A stretch of 64,000 bases of DNA from Chryseolinea serpens (lineage in GTDB: Bacteria > Bacteroidota > Bacteroidia > Cytophagales > Cyclobacteriaceae), in NCBI RefSeq assembly GCF_900129725.1, contig NZ_FQWQ01000003.1, positions 404,686 through 468,685 of the forward strand. Reading direction: 5' to 3'. The notes under the pieces are model-generated. The model searched no databases. It was given only the letters and a program-made list of their open reading frames with translations, and had not been told where the DNA came from. The position numbers and the translations under genes were made by a program. Below, in pieces: positions 10,705-21,022 of this stretch (position 1 is the first letter of the stretch; every line of letters starts with the position of its first letter).

Positions 10705-12282
10705 ATGAACCGGACCTATACCGTTGTATTTGTTTGCCTGTTGGCAAGTTGTGCAATGGCCCAAAGTAAGAAAAAGGTAGCACCCGAACGTCTGATCAAC
10801 ATTGATTTCAATGTTGAAAAAGGACCGCTGAATACCATGTTCAAGGAATGTGTGGGCGCGGGGCGTGCCAACGAAGGTTTGCGCACCGACTGGCAACAGC
10901 AACTCGCTTATGTCAGAAAAGAATGCGGCTTCAAATACATTCGCATGCACGGGCTATTGACGGATGACATGGCCGTTTACGCACAAGATAAAAATGGGAA
11001 CCCTCAGTACAACTATATGTACGTTGATGTGTTGTTCGATTTTCTGCACTCCATCGGAATGAAACCCTTTGTGGAGCTGGGGTTTATGCCATCACAGCTT
11101 GCCAGCGGTAACAAAACGATTTTCTGGTGGCGGGGCAATGTAACGCCTCCGAAAGACCATGAGAAATGGGCCGCATTGATCACGAATCTCGTACAACATT
11201 TTACAGAACGATACGGCGAAGCGGAAGTAAAGACATGGTATTTTGAAGTATGGAATGAACCCAATCTCGATGGCTTCTGGGCGGGTAGCCAGGCTGAGTA
11301 TTTCAAACTATATAATTACAGTGCCAATGCCATAAAAAAAGTGAACCCGTCTTACCGGGTAGGCGGGCCGGGAACAGCAGGCGCTGCCTGGGAAAGCGAG
11401 ATGATTGATTACTGCATCAAGAACGCTACGCCTATTGATTTCATCAGCACACATGCATACGGCGTAAAGCAGGGATACCTCGACGAGTTTGGCAATTCCG
11501 GTACGGTGCTGGACAAGAATCCGATGAGTATTATCGGCGATGTGCTGGATTCACGAAAAGAGATCTCCGCTTCATCCAAACCCAACCTCGAGTTGCACTA
11601 TACCGAGTGGAGTGCCTCCTACACCCCGGCAGACCCGATACACGACAGTTATCACGAAGCAGCCTTTGTCTTGCAAAAGCTTAAGCAAGTGGGTGATGCC
11701 GCCAACTCCATGTCATACTGGGTCTTCACGGATATATTCGAGGAGGCGGGCCCGAGGTTCACACCCTTTCACGGAGGGTTTGGTATGCTCAATACCCAAG
11801 GGATTAACAAGCCGGTGTTCTATGCGTACCAATTTATGAACCGGTTGGGGAATACGGAATTGACAAATAGGGATCAGTCATCCTGGGTGTGTAAAGATGA
11901 AGAAGGAAATGTCCAGGCAGTCGTGTGGGATTTTACAAACACCCATCCCGGCGACTCTGTAAACAACCAGCGATACTATGTCCGTGATTTGCCGTCAAAG
12001 GCGAAGCCCAAGGTAAAGCTGGATATTACACATATACCGGCGGGTACATATGCGCTGGAAATATATAAAGTGGGGTATCGCAGTAATGACGCCTACTCAA
12101 CCTATCTTTCTATGGGAAAGCCAGCACAGCTTACAAAGCTACAGGTGGAACATATCAAGCGACAAAACGACGGTGCTCCATTTTTGAAAGAGATTGTATC
12201 CATAAAGGCGGGATCTGTTTTTTCGCGTGAACTTGACACCAGAGAAAATGATGTGTTCTTTCTCAACCTTGTCAAGCTCTGA
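10705..12282 (+). CDS. Glycoside hydrolase family 39-like (beta-xylosidase family, clan GH-A)
   Basis: The start at 10705 gives MNRTYTVVFVCLLASCAMA, a signal/lipobox. It carries GH39-like motifs (CVGAGRANEGLRTDWQQQLAYVRKECGFKYIRMHGLLTDD; WYFEVWNEPNLDGFW with the acid/base Glu in NEP). Length is about 525 aa. Confidence 0.7.
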   Translation: MNRTYTVVFVCLLASCAMAQSKKKVAPERLINIDFNVEKGPLNTMFKECVGAGRANEGLRTDWQQQLAYVRKECGFKYIRMHGLLTDDMAVYAQDKNGNPQYNYMYVDVLFDFLHSIGMKPFVELGFMPSQLASGNKTIFWWRGNVTPPKDHEKWAALITNLVQHFTERYGEAEVKTWYFEVWNEPNLDGFWAGSQAEYFKLYNYSANAIKKVNPSYRVGGPGTAGAAWESEMIDYCIKNATPIDFISTHAYGVKQGYLDEFGNSGTVLDKNPMSIIGDVLDSRKEISASSKPNLELHYTEWSASYTPADPIHDSYHEAAFVLQKLKQVGDAANSMSYWVFTDIFEEAGPRFTPFHGGFGMLNTQGINKPVFYAYQFMNRLGNTELTNRDQSSWVCKDEEGNVQAVVWDFTNTHPGDSVNNQRYYVRDLPSKAKPKVKLDITHIPAGTYALEIYKVGYRSNDAYSTYLSMGKPAQLTKLQVEHIKRQNDGAPFLKEIVSIKAGSVFSRELDTRENDVFFLNLVKL

Positions 12283-12337
12283 GTTTTCTGATAAGACGAT
12301 TGTAGAATCAACTAACACTTCTTTTATACTATATATT

Positions 12338-13978
12338 ATGAAATCTGTTTCAATAGTACTTTTTGTTTTCGCCGTTATCGGATTTTATCAACCATCACTC
12401 GGCCAATCCTCGAAACAAGCCCCCGTATCCGCGACCAAGCAAACAGGTTCAGAAGGTAAGTTCGAGCCAACGTGGCAATCGTTAGCGGGCTACAAGGTTC
12501 CGGAATGGTTTCGCAACGCCAAGTTCGGAATCTGGGCACATTGGGGTCCGCAATGTCAGCCCGAGCAAGGCGACTGGTATGCCAGGCATATGTATGATGA
12601 GGGTAGTGAGCAGTATAAATGGCACGTGGCTCACTATGGACATCCTTCCAAGGCCGGTTTCAAGGAAGTTATCAACGATTGGAAAGCTCAAAACTGGGAT
12701 CCGGAAAAACTGGTAGCGCTTTATAAAAGAGCAGGTGCTCAATATTTTTTCGCGATGGCCAACCATCATGATAACCTGGACATGTGGGATAGTAAGTATC
12801 AATCGTGGAATACCGTACGCGTCGGACCGAAGAAAGACATCATCGCCAGTTGGGCCCGGGCGGCAAAAAATAATAACCTTCCGTTTGGACTGAGTGTGCA
12901 TGCTTCACATGCCTGGTCGTGGTTGGAGACCTCGCAGCGTTCCGATAAGAGCGGACCCCTTATGGGCGTGCCTTACGATGGCCGGCTCACAAAGGCGGAG
13001 GGAAAGGGAACATGGTGGGAAGGGCTCGATCCCCAGGAGCTCTATGCGCAAGATCATGCCTTGAGTGAGGGAAGCGATAAAATAACATCCTTGTTCAAGC
13101 AGTGGGAGTGGGGCAATGGCGCATCCACGCCTTCTCCGGAATACTGTAATAAGTTTTACAACAGAGTAGTTGATCTTATTGATCAGTTTAATCCGGACCT
13201 GCTTTACTTCGATGATTCGGTTCTCCCGCTTTACCCTGTAAGCGACGTGGGTTTAAAAATTGCAGCAGATTATTACAACCACAGCCAGGCAACGCATCAG
13301 GGTAAACTTGAGGGGGTATTATTCGGAAAGGTCCTGAACGAAGAGCAGAAAAAATGCATCGTCTGGGATGTCGAGCGCGGAGCCCCCGAAAATATCCAGC
13401 CACTGGCATGGCAAACCTGCACTTGCATTGGCGACTGGCACTACAAAAGATCGATCTACGAAAAGGGAGAGTATAAATCGGCAAAAGATGTCATTCACAT
13501 GCTGGTGGACATTGTAAGTAAGAACGGAAACCTGCTGTTGAACATCCCGATTCGTGGCGACGGAACGATAGACGAAAAAGAGATCGCCGTACTGGAAGAC
13601 ATCGCATCATGGATGAAAGTGAATAGTGAAAGCATTTTCGATACACGCCCATGGGAAATATTTGGCGAAGGCCCATCGACAGAAGCCGCCAACCCGGTGA
13701 AGGTCCAGGGGTTTAACGAAGGAAAGGTCAAACTCACCGCGAGCGACATACGCTTCAATAAAAAAGGGAATACTCTATATGCCACTGTATTGGGTAGGCC
13801 AGTCGATAACGTAAACATCAAGTCGCTGGGGAAGGGGAAGACCAGGATTAAAAATATTGAAATGCTGGGCAGCACCGAGAAACTTTCCTGGAAGCAAAAT
13901 TCGGACAACCTGGTCATCCAAAAGCCAAAGGCCACGTCAAATGACATCGCCGTGGTCTATAAAATATATTTGCAGTAA
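12338..13978 (+). CDS. Alpha-L-fucosidase, GH29
   Basis: The start at 12338 gives MKSVSIVLFVFAVIGFYQPSLGQ, a signal peptide. GH29 motifs are strong (AKFGIWAHWGPQ; WDPEKLVALYKRAGAQYFFAMANHHDN; GPKKDIIASWARAAKNNNLPFGLSVH; HMLVDIVSKNGNLLLNIPIRGDGTI), plus a C-terminal beta-sandwich domain. Confidence 0.8.
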   Translation: MKSVSIVLFVFAVIGFYQPSLGQSSKQAPVSATKQTGSEGKFEPTWQSLAGYKVPEWFRNAKFGIWAHWGPQCQPEQGDWYARHMYDEGSEQYKWHVAHYGHPSKAGFKEVINDWKAQNWDPEKLVALYKRAGAQYFFAMANHHDNLDMWDSKYQSWNTVRVGPKKDIIASWARAAKNNNLPFGLSVHASHAWSWLETSQRSDKSGPLMGVPYDGRLTKAEGKGTWWEGLDPQELYAQDHALSEGSDKITSLFKQWEWGNGASTPSPEYCNKFYNRVVDLIDQFNPDLLYFDDSVLPLYPVSDVGLKIAADYYNHSQATHQGKLEGVLFGKVLNEEQKKCIVWDVERGAPENIQPLAWQTCTCIGDWHYKRSIYEKGEYKSAKDVIHMLVDIVSKNGNLLLNIPIRGDGTIDEKEIAVLEDIASWMKVNSESIFDTRPWEIFGEGPSTEAANPVKVQGFNEGKVKLTASDIRFNKKGNTLYATVLGRPVDNVNIKSLGKGKTRIKNIEMLGSTEKLSWKQNSDNLVIQKPKATSNDIAVVYKIYLQ

Positions 13979-14048
13979 CGGGGAGCGCCAAAAGCGATAG
14001 AGTAGGGGGGACGCATTGGATATATTTCATTCGATCGTTCTCCCCATG

Positions 14049-17000
14049 CTAGTTCATCTGCGGATGATGGTTTTTTTTGAAGAAGAGATGGAAAGTCGTA
14101 CCCTCATTGACCCTGCTTTCTACTTCAATTTTGCCGCCCAATGCAGTCATCTGGGTTTTCACCAGGTACAGTCCCATACCTTTTCCTTCAATGTGAAGAT
14201 GGAAACGACTGTATAGGTTGAAGAGCTTGTCTTTGCATATTGCCATGTCCATACCGAGTCCATTGTCTTGTACGGTGAGATGAAGGTGTTCATTCACCAG
14301 CTCTGAACATATACGAATCACAGGCCTCCGGTTGGGATGACGATATTTGATGGCGTTGCTGACCAGGTTCAATAGGATACTATCGAGATAGGGTTTCACC
14401 GTCCAAAGCGTAACGCCTTTCGAAAAGTCTTCGTACAGCGTTGCTTTTCTATCCTCTATTTCTTTCTGCAGGTTTATTTTGACGAGGCGCAGTTCTTCTT
14501 CAAGGTTTATCTGCACAATCTCAGACGTGGAATCCCGGCGCAGTTCCAGTATGGTATTCAGGTCCCTTACGACACGATCAAGTTCCTCTGTGGTGATCAT
14601 CATTTTGTCAATGATCATGCGCGATTCTTGCACATCACTTTTGCTGATTTCCAATATATGCCCCAGTCCGAGTATCCGGGCAACCGGCGCGCGAAGGTTA
14701 TGCGCGGAAATGAACGCGAATTGCTCCAGTTGCTGGTTATATTCAACTAAATCGTGGGTACGTTCTTCAACCTCCGCTTCGAGTGTTTCGTTGCGTTTTA
14801 TGATCTCATTGTTCTGTTCCTCGATGATCTGTCGGGCTTTTTGCAATTCAAAATTCTGCGCCGACACGATATCGCGTTGTGCCGATATTTCCTCCTGGCT
14901 CTGGATAAGTTCTTCGTTTTGTTGTGCCAGCTCCTCGGTTCGTTTGTATACCTGCAACTCCAGCATCTTGTTCTGCTTTTTGATGCTGCCCACGCGCAGT
15001 CTGTAGATCGACACCGCGACACCGGTCAGCAGAATAACGCTCGCCAGTTTTGCCCACCATGTGCGCCACCACGGTGGCAAGACGCGGATGACCAGCATTG
15101 CCTCTTGCTTGCTCCATACGCCATCATTATTGCTGGCTTTCACCTTGAACGTATAGGTGCCGGGATCAAGATTGGTAAACATCACCGAGCGCTGGTCGCC
15201 TACATAATTCCAGTCGGTATGAAATCCCTCCAATTTATAGGCGTATTGATTTTTAGACGTGGCGGTAAAGTTCAATGCAGCATACTTCAGTGAGAAGAAG
15301 GTGTATTCGGAGGGAAGGGTGATCTCACGGGTTTCGCTGATCTGATGCTGTAGCATGCCACCAAAATCGCCGGGCTTTGCCGGCTGATTGAGGATCCGAA
15401 GTTCACTAATGTAGACACTGGGTGCGAAAGGATTGTCGCGCACACTGTCGGGGTTAAAAATACAGATTCCCTTGCCGCCAAAAAGAAGTTGCCCGGTTGG
15501 GTTACGCATGCACACATTGGGATTAAAGGTGTCGTCGGAAAGCCCATCGGCGGCATCATAGTTGCGAAACGCACCCGTCGCTGGATTGAACCGGGATAGG
15601 CCATCGGCGGTGCTCAGCCAGAGGTTGCCCGCGTCATCTTCCAGGATGGCCTGTGTGACATCGTTGGGTAATCCATCGTGTGTGGTGTATCTTTTTTTAA
15701 ACACTCCATCGACGAGCAGATGCAGACCATTCCGGGTGCCGATCCACAGTTGGCCATGACGATCTTCCAGCAGGCTGTTGCACATGCCGCCGACTTGTAT
15801 GGAGTCGGGATGGGTTGCTGTTTCAAACCGGGTCAACTCCTTTTGAAGGGGATCATAACATAAAACTTCTTCAATCGTGCCGATCCAGATCTTGCCTTTT
15901 TTATCCTCGTAGATCGTTCGCATGTAGTTATTGAATTCGAAACGATTTTCGCGAACATGGTCAAACGTGCCTGCACGTTCATCGGTGAGTATGTTCAGAC
16001 CGTCATAGGTAGCCACCAGCAGTTGCTGTGTTTTTCCAGACTGCGAAATGGAAAATACATGGGGATTGGAAAGACTCCCTTTGCGGTTTTCATCCGGCAT
16101 ATAGTGAATGAAATTATCGTGGGCCTCGTCAAAGCGATGCAGGCCGCCTCCCCAGGTGCCTATCCAAATGCGCTGTTGCCGGTCTTCGTAGACGGCGAGT
16201 ATAGGGTTGGTCTGCAAGCTTTCTTTTGCTGCTGTATGTCTGTAGTGTTTTATACCTTGGGAGGATTTCACGATCAGCCCGTCTTCTGTACCAATCCAGA
16301 GGCGGTTCTTTGAATCCTGAACGATCGCCGTTATGTTTTCATTTTCCAGGGGGATATTCAGTTCCATGAACTTCTCCTGTAACCGGTCAATCACCGCGAT
16401 CCCATTCGAAAATGTGCCCGTCCATATTCGTTCCTGCCGGTCTTTGTAAAGCGCGTGGATAGAGTTGCCGGGCAATGACTCCGGGTCGTTCTTGTTCGCT
16501 TGAAATGTTAACAGTTCATTGGTAAGGGTATTCAACCGGCAAAGACCACCGTTCTCCGTGCCCACCCAAAGGTAGTTTCCATCCGCACAAAGGTCCAGCA
16601 CATTATCGACCGGCAATGCCGGATTCGAATGGGTGTTATAGAGCGTATTGTCATTTGTTGCCGGGTTATACTTTTGCAAGCCCTCACCGGCAGCAATCCA
16701 CAGGTTGCCTTCCCGGTCTTTTACGGCGCGGTGAAACTTTTGGGAGGGACCCTGCCGGTGGATGGTTTTTTGTTTCAAATCCCAAAGGAAGAGACCCGTT
16801 CCGCGGACACCCACCCAGAACGCATGATCCGATGCCGGAATGAGTGCGTGCACCGGGCTGCGCGAGTTGAAAAGTTCAAAATACCGGTGCCGGTTCGTTT
16901 TCTTATTGATTTGGTTTACAAAAGCTTTGCCGTGGCGTATGCCTCCAATCCATACGCTGGAGTCATCTTCATGGAACTCGCTCACCTCACAGTCAAACGA

Positions 17001-17372
17001 ATAGGATGACAGCCGTTTGAAATTGTCCTGCTGACGATTATAGATGTGAAGCCCGCCGCTGCTCGTGCTTACCCAGAGCACCCCACGGCTGTCTTCAAAT
17101 ATCTTTAGAATGACATTTTTTAGAAGACTGGTGGAATCGTTCGCGTCATTGCGATATACAGTAACTTCATAACCATCGAACCGGTTGAGTCCATCTTCCG
17201 TGCCCACCCATAAAAAGCCACGCGAATCTTGCAAGATAGATGACACATGTGGATTGGACAGCGTCATGGAGGTCTTTGAGAATTTGACTTTCTCTAAGGG
17301 AGCTTGTGCAAAATCCTCCCACGCCAAAAAAAGGAGAAACCACAATATATAAGGGGCGCTTGTCTTAAGCAT
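14049..17372 (-). CDS. Sensor histidine kinase with a two-component-regulator propeller/Y_Y_Y periplasmic sensor. No receiver or HTH domain.
   Basis: It has a signal peptide and many propeller repeats (GFLWVGTEDGL, GNLWIAAGEGL, RIWIGTWGGGL...). A Y_Y_Y region (YAYKLEGFHTDW) and a TM (VILLTGVAVSIY) follow. Then come a long coiled coil, the H-box FAFISAHNLRAPVARI and HATPase (DNGLGMD, GKGMGLYLV). The protein ends after the ATPase domain. Confidence 0.8.
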   Translation of the reverse strand: MLKTSAPYILWFLLFLAWEDFAQAPLEKVKFSKTSMTLSNPHVSSILQDSRGFLWVGTEDGLNRFDGYEVTVYRNDANDSTSLLKNVILKIFEDSRGVLWVSTSSGGLHIYNRQQDNFKRLSSYSFDCEVSEFHEDDSSVWIGGIRHGKAFVNQINKKTNRHRYFELFNSRSPVHALIPASDHAFWVGVRGTGLFLWDLKQKTIHRQGPSQKFHRAVKDREGNLWIAAGEGLQKYNPATNDNTLYNTHSNPALPVDNVLDLCADGNYLWVGTENGGLCRLNTLTNELLTFQANKNDPESLPGNSIHALYKDRQERIWTGTFSNGIAVIDRLQEKFMELNIPLENENITAIVQDSKNRLWIGTEDGLIVKSSQGIKHYRHTAAKESLQTNPILAVYEDRQQRIWIGTWGGGLHRFDEAHDNFIHYMPDENRKGSLSNPHVFSISQSGKTQQLLVATYDGLNILTDERAGTFDHVRENRFEFNNYMRTIYEDKKGKIWIGTIEEVLCYDPLQKELTRFETATHPDSIQVGGMCNSLLEDRHGQLWIGTRNGLHLLVDGVFKKRYTTHDGLPNDVTQAILEDDAGNLWLSTADGLSRFNPATGAFRNYDAADGLSDDTFNPNVCMRNPTGQLLFGGKGICIFNPDSVRDNPFAPSVYISELRILNQPAKPGDFGGMLQHQISETREITLPSEYTFFSLKYAALNFTATSKNQYAYKLEGFHTDWNYVGDQRSVMFTNLDPGTYTFKVKASNNDGVWSKQEAMLVIRVLPPWWRTWWAKLASVILLTGVAVSIYRLRVGSIKKQNKMLELQVYKRTEELAQQNEELIQSQEEISAQRDIVSAQNFELQKARQIIEEQNNEIIKRNETLEAEVEERTHDLVEYNQQLEQFAFISAHNLRAPVARILGLGHILEISKSDVQESRMIIDKMMITTEELDRVVRDLNTILELRRDSTSEIVQINLEEELRLVKINLQKEIEDRKATLYEDFSKGVTLWTVKPYLDSILLNLVSNAIKYRHPNRRPVIRICSELVNEHLHLTVQDNGLGMDMAICKDKLFNLYSRFHLHIEGKGMGLYLVKTQMTALGGKIEVESRVNEGTTFHLFFKKNHHPQMN

Positions 17373-17898
17373 AATTGTGTTTCAAAGGGAATTAATGAAT
17401 ATACACATTTTTAGGCAGAATATGGGGATTGACCGATCTTGATCCAATGGCTTTAGGGCAGCATTACAACAGGGGGACTTGTCGAAAATGATGTGGGGCG
17501 CCGGACGAAATGGCTACCCATACTGATGAGACCAAATGTACTACGTGGGTATAATTTTTTGGCCGCGTTTTTCGCAATTGAGACGAATGGCACACGTTTT
17601 TGAGACCTTTAGGTATGGGTGGGAACATTTAATTTTAGAGTGTTCTCGTTTAGTGGAGATTTTGGTTACAATTCTGCTTGTTAAACGTAAAGGCAGGATT
17701 TGATGAATCCATAGAAGCTGTGTCGATGCGCGCAGAGGTTTCTATGTGCCGGGTTAGACTCCTTGGCCATCGCATGAGACGAATCGATACCACGGATACA
17801 TGCCGTCTGCCATAATTTTTAAAGGCAACAAAAAACTTTGCCAAGTAAAAGACGTTAGATGGTCATATTAGTTTAAAGCAACTGGATCGTGATCGTCT

Positions 17899-18807
17899 AT
17901 GGTTATGGATAAATCCGTGAAGCATCTTTTCCTGGTAGCCATCACGATATTGATGGTCCAGTGCGCCCGTGACCAGCGACGCCATACTTCCGTTAACTAC
18001 CCCCAACCTTTGCCCGATTCTGTCGCCATGCCTTTCCTTCCCGGAATTGTGAGCGGCGACTCGCTTGACTTCAATGCAGCCTTTTCTTTGGATGGAAATC
18101 GTTTTTATTTTTCAAGATCAAGCCATAGCAAGTGGATGATCTACATGACCGAACTGCGGGAAGGCGCATGGAGCAAACCCGTGTTGGCACCCTTCACTGA
18201 AACCGAGTACTCGCAAGCCGACCCCTTTGTATCCCGCGACGGAACGTTATATTATATTTCCAACCGGCCACGAAACATCGGCGACACCATCCCGGATTAC
18301 GATATCTGGCTTGTCCGCCCTCAATCCGACGGTTCATGGTCCAAGCCCGAAAATCCCGAAGGCGTAAACTCGGACAGTACGGAGTACTACATGTCCCGTG
18401 CGGAAAATGGCAATTTGTACTTTGCATCCAATCGACCCGGGACGCTGGGATCGCACGACATCTATGTAAGCCGGTATCTCAATGGCGGCTATACAACTCC
18501 CGAAAATCTAGGACCTGCCATCAACTCGGCACAAATGGAACATGATCCGATGATCTCACCCGATGAACAATACCTTATTTTCACCTCCGTTGATCGGACG
18601 GATTCATATGGCAGCGGCGATCTGTACTATTCACAGCGCAACAACGATGGTACGTGGAGCGCTGCAAAAAACATGGGGGCCAAATTCAATACGAACACCT
18701 ACGAATATTGCACCTATCTGACACCGGACGAGCAGTATCTCTTTTATAGTACAGACTACGATGTGAAATGGATCAGCACCCGGCACTTGCCCTGGATGTT
18801 ACCTTGA
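17899..18807 (+). CDS. Secreted PD40/WD40-like beta-propeller protein (TolB-like repeats), function unknown
   Basis: It has a signal peptide and a Cys (MVQCARD). There are repeated PD40-like segments (DPFVSRDGTLYYISNRP; YYMSRAENGNLYFASNRPG; DPMISPDEQYLIFTSVD; YLTPDEQYLFYSTD). Confidence 0.55.
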   Translation: MVMDKSVKHLFLVAITILMVQCARDQRRHTSVNYPQPLPDSVAMPFLPGIVSGDSLDFNAAFSLDGNRFYFSRSSHSKWMIYMTELREGAWSKPVLAPFTETEYSQADPFVSRDGTLYYISNRPRNIGDTIPDYDIWLVRPQSDGSWSKPENPEGVNSDSTEYYMSRAENGNLYFASNRPGTLGSHDIYVSRYLNGGYTTPENLGPAINSAQMEHDPMISPDEQYLIFTSVDRTDSYGSGDLYYSQRNNDGTWSAAKNMGAKFNTNTYEYCTYLTPDEQYLFYSTDYDVKWISTRHLPWMLP

Positions 18808-18835
18808 AAGCCACCTCCCCCCAAAAAATATTGAC

Positions 18836-19705
18836 ATGCAGAAAAAATTCAATCTGAAATCTTTCAACTTGTATGAATTTTTAAAGCACCAAAACACGCA
18901 TGGTTTTAACGTGCCATTTTTCTTGGCAGACCGGCATACCTACAAGAACGCACACGTCAATTTTCCTTTCCGGACATTTGCCTATGGGCTGGGCATTACC
19001 TACACCGGCGAAGGCGATGTGTTTAAGATCGGCAGCACGGATTATTCTCTGAAAGCGCGAAGCCTCACGACCGTCGGGCCTGGGATGGTCTGTCAATGGG
19101 CGGGTAATTACACGGCAGAACACGATACGGTTTATTTTACGGAAGAACTATTTGAAGGCATACAGGCGAAATCATTTTTGCATTCGCTGTCCTTCTTCTT
19201 TCACGGAGGTAATCATGTGATCCAGCTGACCGACGAACAGGTAAAAAAGATAGAATCCTTGTTCGGATTGCTCAAGGTATTAAAAGACGACAAAGAGGCT
19301 ATTCCGGGAGTCGTTCATTCTCTCCTGGTGTTGGCAAATTCATTTCATTCCGCGCAAAATGGGAAAGGCAAGAGTCCACAGGGCTCCAGAAGCGAAGCGA
19401 TCGCCCGGGAGTTTAGAAAACTGGTGGCCCACCATTTTGCCCAGCATAAAGGTGTGGCATTTTATGCCCGAAGCCTGAACATCACACCCAAATACCTGAG
19501 CGAAGTCCTGCAGGTTGAGTTGGGCAAGTCGGCCAAAACCTTCATCGACGAATTTGTGACGCTGGAAGCCAAGAGCCTGTTAAAGCAAACCACGATGTCC
19601 ATACAGGAAATATGTCACTGGCTCGGTTTTGAAGACGCCTCCCATTTTACCAAGTCATTTAAAAAGCTGGCAAAAATTACCCCTACGGAGTACCGCAAGG
19701 GATAA
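18836..19705 (+). CDS. AraC-family transcriptional regulator (no receiver domain)
   Basis: The C-terminus has two HTH motifs typical of AraC/XylS (FYARSLNITPKYLSEVLQVELGKSAKTFIDEF...IQEICHWLGFEDASHFTKSFKKLAKITPTEYRK). The N-terminal ligand-binding part is about 180 aa. Confidence 0.75.
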   Translation: MQKKFNLKSFNLYEFLKHQNTHGFNVPFFLADRHTYKNAHVNFPFRTFAYGLGITYTGEGDVFKIGSTDYSLKARSLTTVGPGMVCQWAGNYTAEHDTVYFTEELFEGIQAKSFLHSLSFFFHGGNHVIQLTDEQVKKIESLFGLLKVLKDDKEAIPGVVHSLLVLANSFHSAQNGKGKSPQGSRSEAIAREFRKLVAHHFAQHKGVAFYARSLNITPKYLSEVLQVELGKSAKTFIDEFVTLEAKSLLKQTTMSIQEICHWLGFEDASHFTKSFKKLAKITPTEYRKG

Positions 19706-19819
19706 GCGTCATTGTCGCCTGAACACAGGGAAGGAAACCGAAATTTGTACCATTTCTCCCGACAATTCATCTAACCGCCAACGGGTTTGAAACATAGCTT
19801 TGTTTAAAAACAGTCCCCT

Positions 19820-21022
19820 ATGAACAAGCTAAACGCTGTCATTTTCGCCCTGCTCACGCTGGGCAGCATGAGTTGTTATTCACAAACAAAAAAGACACCC
19901 GCAATGAAAAACGTAACAGAATTCAAAGTAGCCGTCTCTCAACAAGTATTGGACGATTTGAAAAACCGGTTGCAGAATACCCGCTGGCCGGGCGAGGCCG
20001 AAGGCTCAGGCTGGAATTTCGGCACCAGCGAAGCGTATTTGCGCGGCCTGGTTCGTTATTGGCAAACCGAATACGACTGGCGCAAGCAAGAATCCTTGCT
20101 CAACAAATACCCGCAGTACATCGCCGAAGTGAACGGTGTGAAAGTTCATTTTCAATACATCAAGGGCAAAGGTAAAAATCCGAAGCCGCTGATTTTAACA
20201 CACGGCTGGCCGGACAGCTACTACCGTTTTCATAAGATCATTCCGCTGCTCACCGAGGGCGAGCAAAGCTTCGATCTGGTAATTCCCTCCATCCCTGGTT
20301 TTGGTTTTTCGGAAAAAACCGCCATGACCAGCGAAGCCGTGGCTGACCTATGGAAAGTGCTGATGACAGAAAATCTGGGCTATGAAAAATTCTATGCTGC
20401 CGGCGGCGACATCGGCATGGGCGTCACCAAAGCCTTGGCGTCGAAATATCCCGCAGTAGTGGCGGGCGTGCATTTTACCGACTTGGGTTATCCCATGGGG
20501 CAGGAAGATCCTGCCACCATGACTGAAGCCGAAAAACAATTTGCACAGTTCGTGCAACAATGGTGGTATGCCGAGGGGGCCTATGCCATGGTGCAGGCCA
20601 CCAAGCCACAATCGTTGGCCTACGGCTTGAACGATTCGCCCGTGGCGCTTGCCGGTTGGATGCTGAGTTTCGTCAACGCCGGTGCAACACCCGAATTAAT
20701 AGAGCCGGCATTCGGCGGCAAGGATGCATTGCTCACCAACATCATGATCTACTGGGTGACGCAAACGGTCGCCACCTCGGTCAGAATGTATAAAGCAGAT
20801 GCCATTGCTCAGTGGGGTGGTTCGCAACCCTTGAAGAAAAGCAACGTGCCGGCAGGGGTGTCCGTATTTCCAAGAGAGGCGCAATTTCCGAAAGAATGGG
20901 CAGAGCGTTTTGTAAATGTAGTCAGCTATAAAAAAATGAAAGAAGGCGGACACTTCGCAGCCCTCGAAGTGCCCGACGCCTTTGCCGAGGAACTAAAGAA
21001 TTTCTTTTATAGCATCAAATAA
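19820..21022 (+). CDS. Epoxide hydrolase (alpha/beta hydrolase with an EHN N-terminal domain), secreted
   Basis: It has a signal peptide. The epoxide hydrolase N-terminal domain is present (LDDLKNRLQNTRWPGE...YLRGLVRYWQTEYDWRKQESLLNKYPQYIAEVNGVKVHFQ). The HGWP oxyanion motif (LILTHGWPDSYYRF) and an alpha/beta-hydrolase core follow. Confidence 0.75.
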   Translation: MNKLNAVIFALLTLGSMSCYSQTKKTPAMKNVTEFKVAVSQQVLDDLKNRLQNTRWPGEAEGSGWNFGTSEAYLRGLVRYWQTEYDWRKQESLLNKYPQYIAEVNGVKVHFQYIKGKGKNPKPLILTHGWPDSYYRFHKIIPLLTEGEQSFDLVIPSIPGFGFSEKTAMTSEAVADLWKVLMTENLGYEKFYAAGGDIGMGVTKALASKYPAVVAGVHFTDLGYPMGQEDPATMTEAEKQFAQFVQQWWYAEGAYAMVQATKPQSLAYGLNDSPVALAGWMLSFVNAGATPELIEPAFGGKDALLTNIMIYWVTQTVATSVRMYKADAIAQWGGSQPLKKSNVPAGVSVFPREAQFPKEWAERFVNVVSYKKMKEGGHFAALEVPDAFAEELKNFFYSIK

